64,000 nucleotides of DNA from positions 928,001 through 992,000 of the forward strand of contig OY764216.1 of NCBI GenBank assembly GCA_963668315.1, given 5' to 3'. A program made the position numbers and the translations under genes. Below, piece by piece: positions 12,299-22,797 of this stretch; within the stretch, counting starts at the first letter, position 1, and the number at the start of each line of letters is the position of its first letter. Origin of the DNA: Spirochaetia bacterium. GTDB lineage: Bacteria; Spirochaetota; Spirochaetia; DSM-2461. The notes under the pieces are model-generated. The model did no database searches and was not told the DNA's origin. It saw nothing but the letters and a program-made list of their open reading frames with translations.

Positions 12299-13387
12299 AT
12301 GGATTACTTACTTGAAGAGGATTTAGATTATATCGCCATAGGGGCTGCCATACTGGGCGCGGGCGGCGGAGGAGACCCTTATGTGGGAAAACTGATGGCT
12401 AAGCAGGCCATCAGGAAGCATGGAAAGGTAAGGCTGATAAAAGCAGAGGACGTACCGGATGATGAGCTTGTCATTCCTTCGGCTATGATGGGAGCGCCGG
12501 CCGTTATGCTCGAGAAGCTGCCTAACGGGAATGAGCCGGAGAATTCTTTCCGTTCCCTGGAAAAGCATTTGGGGAAAAAGGCTTATGCCGTCATTCCCAT
12601 TGAGGCGGGAGGATTGAACTCCTGCATTCCCGTCTATACGGCGGCTTGTCTGGGACTGCCTCTTGTTGATGCAGATGGTATGGGCAGAGCCTTTCCGGAG
12701 CTTCCCATGACGACCTTTAGTGTTGCCGGAGTTTCTTCCACTCCCATGGTCCTTTGTGATGAGAAAGGGAATAAGGTTGTCATGGATACAGTGACGAACG
12801 ACTGGTCCGAAGTTCTGGCCAGAAATTTGACGGTTGCCATGGGATTGTCATCCATGATGGCTATTTACTGCATGACAGGACAGCAGCTTAAAAAATCCTC
12901 TGTTAAAGGAACGATGTCCTTTGCCTGGAAAATCGGGAAAAGGCTTATGGAAGCAAATAAAGAGAAGGCCGATCCGGTCGCCGGATTGCTTGAAGTCGCC
13001 GGCGGATTTCGTTTGTTCGATGGTAAAATCGCCGATGTACAGCGGGATCTTACTACCGGGTTTATCCGGGGGAAGGTCAGAATGGATGGAATTGATGAAG
13101 ACAAGGGATCTTCCTTTGAGCTGGATTTTCAAAATGAGAATCTCATCGGCATCCGAAATGGTGACGCCGTTGCCATGACTCCGGACTTGATTACCGTTCT
13201 TGATAAGGAAAAGGGTTTTCCCATAACGACGGAGAGCCTGAAGTACGGCCAGCGCGTAACGGTCATAGGTATCCCCTGTGATCCGTTCTGGAGAACTGAG
13301 GAGGGGCTGGCGCAGGTGGGGCCCCGGTATTTTAAATACGATTATGAATATTCACCCATAGAAGATCTGTCCGGGAGTAAAAAATGA
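12299..13387 (+). CDS. DUF917 family protein
   Basis: GAAILGAGGGGDP, MGAP..EK, IEAGGLNS, VDADGMGRAFPEL, FQNENL, PDLI, ITTESLKYGQRV, GPRYF. Confidence 0.85.
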   Translation: MDYLLEEDLDYIAIGAAILGAGGGGDPYVGKLMAKQAIRKHGKVRLIKAEDVPDDELVIPSAMMGAPAVMLEKLPNGNEPENSFRSLEKHLGKKAYAVIPIEAGGLNSCIPVYTAACLGLPLVDADGMGRAFPELPMTTFSVAGVSSTPMVLCDEKGNKVVMDTVTNDWSEVLARNLTVAMGLSSMMAIYCMTGQQLKKSSVKGTMSFAWKIGKRLMEANKEKADPVAGLLEVAGGFRLFDGKIADVQRDLTTGFIRGKVRMDGIDEDKGSSFELDFQNENLIGIRNGDAVAMTPDLITVLDKEKGFPITTESLKYGQRVTVIGIPCDPFWRTEEGLAQVGPRYFKYDYEYSPIEDLSGSKK

Positions 13388-14937
13388 AATATCGGTTGGG
13401 AATTGATGTGGGCGGTACGAACACAGATGCCGTCATTCTTGATAAGGATAATAAGGTTATTGCGAAGTGTAAAAAAGCCACGACCGAGGATATCTCGGTG
13501 GGTATTGTCAATGCGGTCGAGCATGTGCTGGCTGAGTCGGGTGTCGATCCAGCGGAGATCGCCGACGCCATGCTGGGGACAACCCATGCGACAAATGCGA
13601 TTGTGGAGAGGAAAGGGCTGTCCAATGTCGGCGTTATTCGTCTGTCGGCCCCATCAGGGTATTCTATTCCCCCCTATGTTGAATGGCCCGAAGATATTCT
13701 GGAAGCCATTAATCATTTTTATGTCATCGTCAAAGGCGGTTACGAGTATAACGGGGCGCTGATTTCCGACATTGACAGGGATGAGATCCATAGAGCGCTT
13801 CTTGAAGTTAAGGCGAAGGGAGCCGAGGCTCTGGCCGTATCAGGAGTTTTTTCTCTGGTCAACAATGATCAGGAACATGCTGTCAAAGAGATGGCCGCAG
13901 AGGTTTTCGGAGAAGATTTCCCCATTACCCTATCCAGCGAAATCGGTTCTATCGGAATCATAGAGAGGGAGAATGCCGCCATTCTCAATGCGGCGATCAG
14001 GAAGCTGGCAGGAAAGGCTTACGGATCTTTTCAGAATGTACTCAGGGAGCATGGCATCAAGGCAGATCTCTTTATCACGCAGAATGACGGAACGCTCATG
14101 TCTATTGATTATGCGAAGAGATATCCCGTTCTGACAATTGCCTCGGGGCCGACCAATTCCTTGCGGGGCGCTGCTTTTCTTACGGGGATACAGGATGGAA
14201 TCGTTGTGGATGTCGGCGGGACGACCACAGATGTAGGCGTACTCAGCAAGGGATTCCCCCGGGAATCTTCCGCCGCCGTTGAAATCGGGGGGGTCAGGAC
14301 TAATTTCCGAATGCCCGATCTGATCACTCTTGGTCTCGGCGGAGGCTCTCTGGTTAAGACATCTCCCTCCATGCTGATTGGTCCCCAGTCCGTAGGATAC
14401 CGGATACACCAGGAAGGTATGATCTTCGGGGGCGGAACATTGACGGCTACCGATCTTGTCGTAGCATCAGGTCGTTTCAAACTGGGAGATACGCTGCTGG
14501 TCGAGGATCTTGATAAGGCACTGGTTGATGAAGGTCTGAGTTTGATGAAAGTCATGGTGGAGGATGTGGTTGATAAGATGAAAACCATGGCTTCCGACTT
14601 ACCCGTAATTGTCGTAGGCGGCGGAAGTATTCTTGTCGGAGATGAGCTAGAGGGGGCGAGTTCAGTCATCAAGCCGGAGCATTACGAAGTCGCCAATGCA
14701 ATCGGAGCGGCCATATCCCAGGTTTCAGGCAGCATCGATGGGGTCTTCGATATTGTCGCTAAAGGCAGGGACGCTGTGATAGAGGAGGTTAAGGAAGCGG
14801 CGAAAAGGGAGGCTGTGAAAGCCGGAGCCGATGAGTCGACATTGGAAATTGTCGAGTTGGAAGAGATACCCCTGGCCTATCTTCCTTCCAATGCCGTCCG
14901 TTTTCGTGTGAAAGCCGTAGGGGAATTAAAAAGATAA
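13384..14937 (+). CDS. Hydantoinase A / 5-oxoprolinase family ATP-dependent protein
   Basis: GIDVGGTNTDAV, GTTHATNA, RENAAILNA, NDGTLM, SGPTNS, VDVGGTTTD, GLGGGS, VANAIGAA; ATGA overlap with the DUF917 gene. Confidence 0.9.
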   Translation: MKYRLGIDVGGTNTDAVILDKDNKVIAKCKKATTEDISVGIVNAVEHVLAESGVDPAEIADAMLGTTHATNAIVERKGLSNVGVIRLSAPSGYSIPPYVEWPEDILEAINHFYVIVKGGYEYNGALISDIDRDEIHRALLEVKAKGAEALAVSGVFSLVNNDQEHAVKEMAAEVFGEDFPITLSSEIGSIGIIERENAAILNAAIRKLAGKAYGSFQNVLREHGIKADLFITQNDGTLMSIDYAKRYPVLTIASGPTNSLRGAAFLTGIQDGIVVDVGGTTTDVGVLSKGFPRESSAAVEIGGVRTNFRMPDLITLGLGGGSLVKTSPSMLIGPQSVGYRIHQEGMIFGGGTLTATDLVVASGRFKLGDTLLVEDLDKALVDEGLSLMKVMVEDVVDKMKTMASDLPVIVVGGGSILVGDELEGASSVIKPEHYEVANAIGAAISQVSGSIDGVFDIVAKGRDAVIEEVKEAAKREAVKAGADESTLEIVELEEIPLAYLPSNAVRFRVKAVGELKR

Positions 14938-14990
14938 GTCGTCAGAGGCGGCATAAAAAGGTCTACTAAAGAGAGGAGAGGGAAAGTACA

Positions 14991-16313
14991 ATGGAAGGAA
15001 AAAAAGATCTACTTGAGGATTACGGAGTCAATCCGGTTCCCGAAGGGAAAGGGAAAAACTGGTTTGAAATCGGTATCGTGTATTGGGGGTCGGCGATTTG
15101 CCTGCCCGCATTTCTTATCGCCGGACTTATCGCCGGTCCTTCCCGCCTGAGTACGGCGGCGGGGGCGTTTTTGTTCGGATCAATTGTTCTGGGTGCGATT
15201 TCCATTTTAGTGGGAATTTTGGGCGCGAAAACCAGGCTTTCCACGGGTATGTCCGCCAAGTTCACATTCGGGAGATACGGGGCCAACGTTCTTCAGCTCC
15301 TGCTCTTTTTCGGATTATGGGGCTGGTTCGGAGTTCAGCTGGGCTTTATGGTTGCCGGCTTGGGCAACGGAGGACTCGCGTTTGCTCTCGGGGGGGCTGT
15401 TCCCGTTTGGCTGCTGAAAATCGTAGGGGGAGTCCTCATGACCCTTTCTGCCATGCTTGGATTCAAAGCCATTGAGAAACTGAGCATTGTTGCCATACCA
15501 CTCCTTATCATAATAATCCTGGCCACCATTGTCAGTGTTTACAGCGGAGACAAGACTCTTGCCTCCGTCGCTTCGGTAACTGCAGAGGGAGCCATGCCTC
15601 TGGGGGCAGCCATCTCTATCGTGATAGGCACCTATATTGTAGGAGCACTGATCGCTCCCGATATAACCCGTTACGCAAAAAGCAAATCGGCCGGCGGATG
15701 GGGAATGGCTTTCGGAATGCTCATCGGCTTTCCCGTTGTTCTTATCCTTGGCGCCGTTATGGTTAAAGGAGCAGGGGGAGAAGTGGACTTCTCAAAAGTT
15801 ATGCTCGCGAATAATTCGGGCTTCTGGTCCGTTCTGGCAGTCCTTGCGATAATTCTTGCCGCCTGGACTACGAACGATAACAACCTCTACTCTGGAGCTC
15901 TGTCTCTGAATGCCATGTTCCCTTTCATGAAAAAATGGATGATAACCATTGTCTCGGGAGTCGTGGGGACGGGATTGGCCCTGGCCGGCATAAATACCGC
16001 CGCCGGATTTCAGGCTTTTCTGGGGGTCGTCGCCATATTGATACCTCCGGCGGCTTCGGTCATGATTATTGACTATTATTTTTTCAAATGCGAAGAGAAC
16101 AGATTTTTTAATTCAGAGGAAGCCAATGACGCCGAAGATTTCAGGCCGATTCCTTTCATCGCCTGGATGGTCGGAAGCGCTCTGGGTTTTCTGATTCAGA
16201 AAACAAGCCTCCAGATAACTACGGTTCCGGCTCTTGATACGATTATCGTGGCCGGGATCTGCTATGCTGCCATTATGGTGGCTTCAAAGAAGAAAGTTCT
16301 AGTCAGCGCGTAG
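14991..16313 (+). CDS. NCS1 / cytosine-permease (CodB-like) family transporter
   Basis: About 12 TM segments; FGRYGA, GWFGVQ, PDITRYAKS, AWTTNDNNLYS, IIDYY. Confidence 0.85.
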   Translation: MEGKKDLLEDYGVNPVPEGKGKNWFEIGIVYWGSAICLPAFLIAGLIAGPSRLSTAAGAFLFGSIVLGAISILVGILGAKTRLSTGMSAKFTFGRYGANVLQLLLFFGLWGWFGVQLGFMVAGLGNGGLAFALGGAVPVWLLKIVGGVLMTLSAMLGFKAIEKLSIVAIPLLIIIILATIVSVYSGDKTLASVASVTAEGAMPLGAAISIVIGTYIVGALIAPDITRYAKSKSAGGWGMAFGMLIGFPVVLILGAVMVKGAGGEVDFSKVMLANNSGFWSVLAVLAIILAAWTTNDNNLYSGALSLNAMFPFMKKWMITIVSGVVGTGLALAGINTAAGFQAFLGVVAILIPPAASVMIIDYYFFKCEENRFFNSEEANDAEDFRPIPFIAWMVGSALGFLIQKTSLQITTVPALDTIIVAGICYAAIMVASKKKVLVSA

Positions 16314-16318
16314 TGTCA

Positions 16319-16350
16319 CGCCATCCGCCGGGGTTCTCCGGCGGATGGCG
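16319..16350 (+). terminator. GC-rich hairpin downstream of the permease (probable terminator)
   Basis: Perfect 13-bp stem CGCCATCCGCCGG / CCGGCGGATGGCG, 6-nt loop; weak U tract. Confidence 0.65.
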
Positions 16351-16366
16351 CCTTCCTACCCTTTAA

Positions 16367-16395
16367 TTGACACTGCGAAATCCAGGGGATAAAAT
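16367..16395 (+). promoter_or_regulatory. Sigma70 promoter for the lrp/asnC gene
   Basis: TTGACA, 17 nt spacer, TAAAAT, ending 9 nt before ATG 16405. Confidence 0.65.
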
Positions 16396-16404
16396 GGTGG
16401 CTAT

Positions 16405-16860
16405 ATGGCTAAATATGACAAATTGGATAAAGTTGATCTGGAAATCATCAGAAACCTCTGGGATGGCAGAACCCCGTACAGCGAGATAGCTGAAAAGATC
16501 AATCTGACCACGAATACGGTTAGGAACAGAGTCAATAAAATGCTGGCCCAGGGCTCATTGCAGATAATAAGCCTTGTTGACCCTGCGGCGATAGAAGGGC
16601 ATCACTCCGCATTCATAGGAATTAAGGTTGATCCGAGAAAAACGAAGCAGGCGATGGAACAGATCAAGGATTTGAAAGGGATTGTCGGATTAGCCATGAT
16701 CAGTGGCCGATTCGATATTATGGCGGTCCTCTTATATAACGAAGACTATACTTATGAAAAATTTCTTGATGAGGAATTGATGAAAGTAGAGGGGATTATC
16801 AGTACAGAGACTTTTTTTACCGTCGGCAGTGCCAATTTTCAGTTGCGATACGTATTGTAA
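16405..16860 (+). CDS. Lrp/AsnC family transcriptional regulator
   Basis: LDKVDLEII..L..DGRTPYSEIA...TVRNRV HTH; SGRFDI RAM domain; 151 aa. Confidence 0.92.
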   Translation: MAKYDKLDKVDLEIIRNLWDGRTPYSEIAEKINLTTNTVRNRVNKMLAQGSLQIISLVDPAAIEGHHSAFIGIKVDPRKTKQAMEQIKDLKGIVGLAMISGRFDIMAVLLYNEDYTYEKFLDEELMKVEGIISTETFFTVGSANFQLRYVL

Positions 16861-16924
16861 TATGATTTCCCCGGGCCGTTCTTTTTCTCCCTTTATACCC
16901 GGTTTCCTGCTATAATTCTCCCCC

Positions 16925-17782
16925 ATGGAAGCCTTGAGACGGATAGAAGCCTATCTGAAAGATCCTGCTTTTCCTCTGGCTCTGAAACATGTGGATTCGC
17001 AGAATGATTTGAGTTTTCATAGCCATGACTTTCATGAACTGGTTTATGTGGCCGGAGGACGGGGCGTTCATCTCCTGGGGGAAAACCGCTTTCTTCTGGG
17101 AGAGAGCAATGTCTTTCTCATACCCCCCGGGGTGGAGCACGGTTATGAAAAGACGGAGTCTCTGGAACTGTACAACGTTCTTTTCCGTAAAGAGAAAATG
17201 CTCCCGACAATTTATGATATGGAATATTTGACCGGTTATCAGCTCCTTTTTCATATCGAGCCGTATCTGGACGGAGCCTGTTCTGACAGGCGGCTGCTTT
17301 TTGTCGGGAAGGAGCGGATCCTGGATCTTTTTACCCAACTTGAAAATCGGCTTTCCGATGGTGAAACGGGCTGGCGCTACAGGTCAAAATATCTGTTTGA
17401 CAGGATAATTCATACCATTCTAACTGAATACATGCCGATCCCGTTCAATTCCCCCCTTGATAAGCTGAGCCGTATCATGCCGTATATCCAGGAAAACCTG
17501 GAAAACAGTCTGACACTGGAAGACCTATGCCGGGAAGCAGGCATGTCGCGGAGTTCTCTTACCCGGGCTTTTCAGCAGGTCTACCGGATGAGTCCCATGG
17601 AAAAGCTGAGGGAGAGGAGGGTGGATAAAGCCTCCCGTCTCTTGAGAGCGGGCGATCTTTCCATTCAGAGAATAGGGGAGCTCTGCGGTTTCAGTACATC
17701 GGCCTATTTCAGCCGGACCTTCCGGGAGGAGACCGGTTTTACCCCTTCCGGATACCGGAAGAAATACAGGGCCCATTCATAA
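16925..17782 (+). CDS. AraC family regulator (RhaR/RhaS-like cupin)
   Basis: HSHDFHELVYV cupin; CGFSTSAYFSRTFREETGFTPSGYR. Confidence 0.9.
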   Translation: MEALRRIEAYLKDPAFPLALKHVDSQNDLSFHSHDFHELVYVAGGRGVHLLGENRFLLGESNVFLIPPGVEHGYEKTESLELYNVLFRKEKMLPTIYDMEYLTGYQLLFHIEPYLDGACSDRRLLFVGKERILDLFTQLENRLSDGETGWRYRSKYLFDRIIHTILTEYMPIPFNSPLDKLSRIMPYIQENLENSLTLEDLCREAGMSRSSLTRAFQQVYRMSPMEKLRERRVDKASRLLRAGDLSIQRIGELCGFSTSAYFSRTFREETGFTPSGYRKKYRAHS

Positions 17783-17851
17783 TATTGACATTTCCCGGCG
17801 GATTTCCGATGATTGATGCATTCTTTAATGCCTTTTAACATCGGGAAGAAG

Positions 17852-18880
17852 ATGAAAGAACTGACGTGGGAAAGCGGAACATTCTCCTTTGAGGGCGCCC
17901 TATCCGTAGAACGGGGAGACGGCTGGGTCTGTCCCTGGAGAATCGATTGGGCAAGAAGGGATTTTTTCCCCTATCTCAAGGACGACGGCCGGCCCCAGGG
18001 GAGCGCCCCTCCCGCCCGGCAGTGTTCGGGCGTCAGGCTGACCTTTGCCTTTGACGGGGAATTTCTGGCCCTTGATATTGCCGACCCGGAGAGTGATCTT
18101 GTTCTGGATCTCTATATCAACTCCCAATTCAGGGAAAGCGTCACCTCCTGCCCGGGGGACCGTCCGGTTCGTTTCGCGCCTCTGGAGCCGGGCTTGAAGC
18201 AGGTGGAAATCTGGCTGGACCAGAGGCATGCTTTTCTTTTGAGAAGCCTGAAAGTCGATGAAGGGGCCCATGTTTCGCTCATTCCCCCTGCCCGAAAGCG
18301 GTGGATCCATTACGGCAGTTCCATAAGTCATGCCCGTCAGGCCGATTCTCCCTCCCATACCTGGGCTTCCCGTGCCGCCCGGCGCATGGATCTTCATCTG
18401 ACTAACCTGGGGTTCGCCTCCCATTGCGTCATGGAACCGATGGTCGCCCGGCTGATTCGGGACCTTCCCGCCGATTATATAACTCTCAAGCTGGGGATCA
18501 ATACCTACGAAGGACCCCTTTCCCGGCGGACTTTTCAGTCCAGTGTCATAGGAATGGTGCAGATTATCCGGGAAAAGCATCCCGATACACCCCTGGCCCT
18601 TATCTCTCCCGTCATAAGCCCGTCCCGGGAGTCGGAAAGGGGCTGGGCGGAAGGGCTCTCTCTCAGGGAGATGAGGGAATGCCTCAAGGAAACGGCGGAG
18701 ATATGCAGAGCCTATGGAGACCGCCGTATCTGTTATGTCGACGGTTTGCGCCTTTTCGGTGCAGAGGATCTGGAGATGCAGCCCGACGGGGTTCATCCCG
18801 ATTCCAGAGCGCAGCCGATAATGGCCGACCGGTTTATCGAACTGGTCTTCGGAGAGGGGTTTTCGCAGCTGTCGGAATAA
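17852..18880 (+). CDS. SGNH/GDSL hydrolase (probable carbohydrate esterase)
   Basis: HYGSSISH block I, NLGFAS block II, LGIN block III, DGVHP block V. Confidence 0.82.
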   Translation: MKELTWESGTFSFEGALSVERGDGWVCPWRIDWARRDFFPYLKDDGRPQGSAPPARQCSGVRLTFAFDGEFLALDIADPESDLVLDLYINSQFRESVTSCPGDRPVRFAPLEPGLKQVEIWLDQRHAFLLRSLKVDEGAHVSLIPPARKRWIHYGSSISHARQADSPSHTWASRAARRMDLHLTNLGFASHCVMEPMVARLIRDLPADYITLKLGINTYEGPLSRRTFQSSVIGMVQIIREKHPDTPLALISPVISPSRESERGWAEGLSLREMRECLKETAEICRAYGDRRICYVDGLRLFGAEDLEMQPDGVHPDSRAQPIMADRFIELVFGEGFSQLSE

Positions 18881-18961
18881 ATTGACACAGGGTAAATTAA
18901 TTTGACCCTTTACAGTTGCATGCAATTATTATATACTTGCCCCATCTTTCGCAGGGAAGGG

Positions 18962-20161
18962 ATGATTATGGAGAAAGTAAGAATCGGCCTGGTCGGCCTT
19001 AACGGTTTTGCTCAGGTTCATCTGAGAAGTATAGATAATTGTATCGCAGCGGGACTGGCGTCTCTGGATGCCGTAGTCGTCCGTCCGGCGAGCCGGAACA
19101 ACGATAATTTCAAGGCCGTCGAACCCCGGGGGCTGAGGGTTTACGATACCCTGGATGAAATGCTGGAAGCCGAACAGGGAAAGCTGGATCTTATCGCCAT
19201 TCCCACTGGAATCGATTCCCACGCCCCTTTCTCCGTCGCCGCGCTCAACAAGGGCTTCGACGTTATGTGTGAGAAACCCGCCGCCGGTACCATGGAAGAT
19301 GTAAACGACATGCTCGAGGCGCAGAGGGAAACGGGGAAAACTCTGGTTATCGGTTTTCAGAACCTATTCACACCCACCGTTCAGAGGGTTAAAGAGATTC
19401 GTCTTGACGGAACCCTCGGAGAGCTGAAAGAGGCGAGGACGAAGGTGTCCTGGCCGCGGGATTCCAAGTATTACAGCCGGAACAGCTGGTCGGGAAAACT
19501 GTATATGGAGGGAAAGCCCATCCTTGATTCGCCCCTTCAGAATGCCACGGCCCATTTTCTGCAGAATATGCTGTACGTCGCGGGAAGCACGAAAGAGAGC
19601 GGTGTGACTCCGGTGAGCATCTACGGCGAGAACTATCACGCCCAGCCCATCGAATCGGCCGATACCCAGTATATCCGCATAGAGACGGAGGAAGGCCCGG
19701 TCATTCAGATGTCCTCCACCCATGCCTGCAAGGAGCTCCACGAGCCTGAGACCGATTACCTCTTTGAAAAGGGACGTATCCATTGGGAAAGGGAGACCTG
19801 CGAAGTCTTCCGTTACGAAGACGAGAAAGAGGTCTCCATCGAAAAACTGGATAATTACGATATGGATGTGCAGAAAAGGGTCTTCTGGAATGTCTGCCAG
19901 GATCTTCCCGCCGGAAGAACTCCTGCCTGTACGATCGAGAACTCCTGGCAGCAGGTCCTTTGCATCATCAAGCTGTTTGAATCCTCCGATGTCACCGGAA
20001 TCCCGGCGGACTATTATGAAATAGAGGAGAAGGACGGCGGAGAGAACTATCATGTTCCCGGTATCGAGAAGATGCAGGATGACATGTTCGCCAGGGGAAT
20101 AGGTTTTGCCGAGGCCGGAGCAGCCTGGGGCAAAGCGGGAAAAAAGGTTATCGCCGGCTAG
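18962..20161 (+). CDS. Gfo/Idh/MocA family oxidoreductase
   Basis: IGLVGLNGFA Rossmann start, CEKP, DSPLQNATAH. Confidence 0.88.
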   Translation: MIMEKVRIGLVGLNGFAQVHLRSIDNCIAAGLASLDAVVVRPASRNNDNFKAVEPRGLRVYDTLDEMLEAEQGKLDLIAIPTGIDSHAPFSVAALNKGFDVMCEKPAAGTMEDVNDMLEAQRETGKTLVIGFQNLFTPTVQRVKEIRLDGTLGELKEARTKVSWPRDSKYYSRNSWSGKLYMEGKPILDSPLQNATAHFLQNMLYVAGSTKESGVTPVSIYGENYHAQPIESADTQYIRIETEEGPVIQMSSTHACKELHEPETDYLFEKGRIHWERETCEVFRYEDEKEVSIEKLDNYDMDVQKRVFWNVCQDLPAGRTPACTIENSWQQVLCIIKLFESSDVTGIPADYYEIEEKDGGENYHVPGIEKMQDDMFARGIGFAEAGAAWGKAGKKVIAG

Positions 20162-20187
20162 CCGGATAAACCATTTATATCTTTTTT

Positions 20188-20221
20188 AAGGCTGTCCGAG
20201 TGGTTGCGGGCAGCCTTTTTT
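20188..20221 (+). terminator. Intrinsic terminator
   Basis: AAGGCTGTCCG...CGGGCAGCCTT stem followed by T run. Confidence 0.75.
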
Positions 20222-20237
20222 GTCAGGATGAAAGCCC

Positions 20238-21092
20238 ATGAAGATGTATCATGTTTACAACAGCAAACCGGCGGACGATGAGCTCAATATTCTTTTTGCC
20301 GGCAGTCAGCAGTGCTCCCCCTGTTATAGTTTCAAGGGAAGAAGGGACCATTACATCATTCATTACGTGGTTGAGGGAAGCGGACAGCTTTACATAAATA
20401 ACAAGAAGCATCAGCTGAAAAGGGGGTGCTCCTTTATTATCTCACCCATGCAGAGGAACAAATATCAGGCGTCTTCCCGAAGTCCCTGGAAATACCGCTG
20501 GATAGGTTTTTCCGGAGAACGGGTGAGGGGAATGCTTAAATCTGTCGGCATAAGCGAGAAGGAGTGCATCTTCAGGCAGCCGTTTTCGGAGGAGATGGAG
20601 GCTTGTTACCAGGAGATGTTTGAACTTCTTGAGAGCAAGGAATCGGGCTATCATATCCGTATTACGAGCCTTTTTCTGCAGATAATCTGGATGCTTCAAA
20701 GGGAAAAGAAGACACTTCCCTCCCTTAACGGCAAGAGTGTCAATTATGTCCGCACAAGTGTTGATTTTATTGAAAGAAACTATTACCAGAAGATTTCCGT
20801 TGAGAATATTGCGCAGTTTCTGGGTATTAACAGATCCTACTTTTCCCACCTTTTCCATAAGGAAATAGGGGTTTCCGTGCAGGAATATTTGATCGGTTTT
20901 CGTATGGAAAAGGCTAAGGAATACCTAATCTCCAGTGCCTATCTTGTTGAAGAAATCGCCCAGTCCGTGGGTTATCAGAACTATAATACCTTTTCCAAGA
21001 GCTTCAGGAAGCTGACCGGTTATTCCCCAACGGAATACAGAAATAAATTTACCGTGAGATTAGACAATTATTACTATGACGAAGAAGAGTGA
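20238..21092 (+). CDS. AraC family regulator (MsmR/MelR-like)
   Basis: RDHYIIHYV, PWKYRWIGF, VGYQNYNTFSKSFRKLTGYSPTEYR; lies upstream of an alpha-galactoside operon. Confidence 0.9.
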   Translation: MKMYHVYNSKPADDELNILFAGSQQCSPCYSFKGRRDHYIIHYVVEGSGQLYINNKKHQLKRGCSFIISPMQRNKYQASSRSPWKYRWIGFSGERVRGMLKSVGISEKECIFRQPFSEEMEACYQEMFELLESKESGYHIRITSLFLQIIWMLQREKKTLPSLNGKSVNYVRTSVDFIERNYYQKISVENIAQFLGINRSYFSHLFHKEIGVSVQEYLIGFRMEKAKEYLISSAYLVEEIAQSVGYQNYNTFSKSFRKLTGYSPTEYRNKFTVRLDNYYYDEEE

Positions 21093-21296
21093 CGAGAGGG
21101 TTGTTCTATCATATCTGTAAAATCGATAGGCATCTTGGCCGTATGTCATAATGTTGGATTATTTGATATATCTTTCATAAAATTAGTTATAAATGTTAGT
21201 TGCCTTTCTATAAGACATATTTGCTCCTATCCGATAAAAAGACCTTCCACAATTCTGTTTGTATTTCCCTAAATAATTCACATGGAATGAAATAAA

Positions 21297-21324
21297 TTGA
21301 CGATAGACAATATTGTCATATTGT
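21297..21324 (+). promoter_or_regulatory. Putative promoter with central palindrome for the alpha-galactoside ABC operon
   Basis: TTGACG, 16 nt spacer, TATTGT; perfect palindrome GACAATATTGTC (21306-17) in the spacer. Confidence 0.4.
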
Positions 21325-21462
21325 TTGTTTCACTCGGGATATCAGGGAATCGGCATTTTTTTATGATCCATCCTGAGCTTGCGTCCTGCCGGAAAAAGAG
21401 TTACCATTTTTGAAAAAATCAAGGTTTTCCAGAAGGCTTTCTGGGGAATAAGGAAGGATGAA

Positions 21463-22770
21463 ATGATAAAAATCAAAGGTCATATGAAGACGGCGGTTAC
21501 TGTACTGTTTGCCGTTTCTCTGCTGTTTCTGTCGAGCTGTTCCAAGGATAAGGCAGCCTCTTCCGCAGGCGGCAAGGACGGGACTACATCTCTTACTTTG
21601 CTAGGATGGGAGATATATCAGAAGGCCGGAATGGTCGCATTGGCTGATAAATATGAGGAGACCCATCCCAACGTGGATATCACCGTTGATATCTCGACCT
21701 GGGGCGAGTACTGGACAAAGCTTGAAGCCATGGCCAATACAAACAGTCTTCCCGACATCTTCTGGATGCATACCAATGAATTTTCCCGTTATGCAGAAGC
21801 AGGGCTTCTTGCAGATCTTACCGATCTTTACGCCGATGTGGAGGATAATTATTACTACAAGCATTTCCCCGACAATCTTGTACTGAATGCCACCTACGAG
21901 GGACGGATCTACGGGGTTCCCAAGGACTGGGACACAATCGGCCTTGCCTACAATAAAGATATTTTCGATGAAGCCGGCGTCGCCTATCCCGATGACACCT
22001 GGACATGGGACACCCTCAAGGAAGTTTCCGATACCATAATGGAAAGGACCGGCAAGTACGGAATGATGGCGCCCCTCAATGAGCAGGAAGGGTTTCTCAA
22101 TCTTATCTACCAGACCGGCGGATACTATCTGAACGATGACAAAACGAAATCCGGATTCCGTGATCCCGGTACCATCAAGGGATTGGGGGAGTGGATCAGC
22201 TGGAACACGGAGAATACCTTCTCTCCCAGCCAGGCCGAACTCTCCGAACTTGGTCAGTTTGAGAGATTTTTCGCCGGAACGGGAGCCATGCTCTATATGG
22301 GAAGCTGGGGCATCAATAACCTCTATATCAATTATCCCGACCTGAACTGGGATATTGCCGTTCTTCCCAAATGCCCCGATCCCGTAGCGGGTGACGGAAG
22401 AGCCAGTATCTATAACGGCTTGAGTTACGCCACCGGTTCGGGCAATAAAAATCTTGATGTCGTCAAGGACGTCCTGAAATTCCTTGGTACGAAGGAAGCG
22501 GCCATCATTCATGGTGAAAATGGAGCGGCTATCCCCGCCTATAACGGCACCGGTGATTCCTGGATCAATAATTACGAGGGTAAGAACGTGAAAGCCTTCG
22601 TGGAAATGATGGATTACGGTGTCCAGTTCCCCTATTCCAAGACAAAAAATGAATGGTACCCGAAAATGGAGAGTTTGATCCTCGATGTCTACAACGGCAC
22701 GAAAACTCTTGATGAATGCACTCTGGAGTGTCAGAAAATCGTGGACGGTTATCTGGCTACAGAGAATTAA
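21463..22770 (+). CDS. Sugar ABC transporter substrate-binding lipoprotein
   Basis: Lipobox LSSC, PDIFWM, YGVPKD, YNKDIFDEAGV; ATG after AAGGAAGG. Confidence 0.9.
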   Translation: MIKIKGHMKTAVTVLFAVSLLFLSSCSKDKAASSAGGKDGTTSLTLLGWEIYQKAGMVALADKYEETHPNVDITVDISTWGEYWTKLEAMANTNSLPDIFWMHTNEFSRYAEAGLLADLTDLYADVEDNYYYKHFPDNLVLNATYEGRIYGVPKDWDTIGLAYNKDIFDEAGVAYPDDTWTWDTLKEVSDTIMERTGKYGMMAPLNEQEGFLNLIYQTGGYYLNDDKTKSGFRDPGTIKGLGEWISWNTENTFSPSQAELSELGQFERFFAGTGAMLYMGSWGINNLYINYPDLNWDIAVLPKCPDPVAGDGRASIYNGLSYATGSGNKNLDVVKDVLKFLGTKEAAIIHGENGAAIPAYNGTGDSWINNYEGKNVKAFVEMMDYGVQFPYSKTKNEWYPKMESLILDVYNGTKTLDECTLECQKIVDGYLATEN

Positions 22771-22797
22771 GGTGGTACAGGTCGGGGAGATAGGGTT

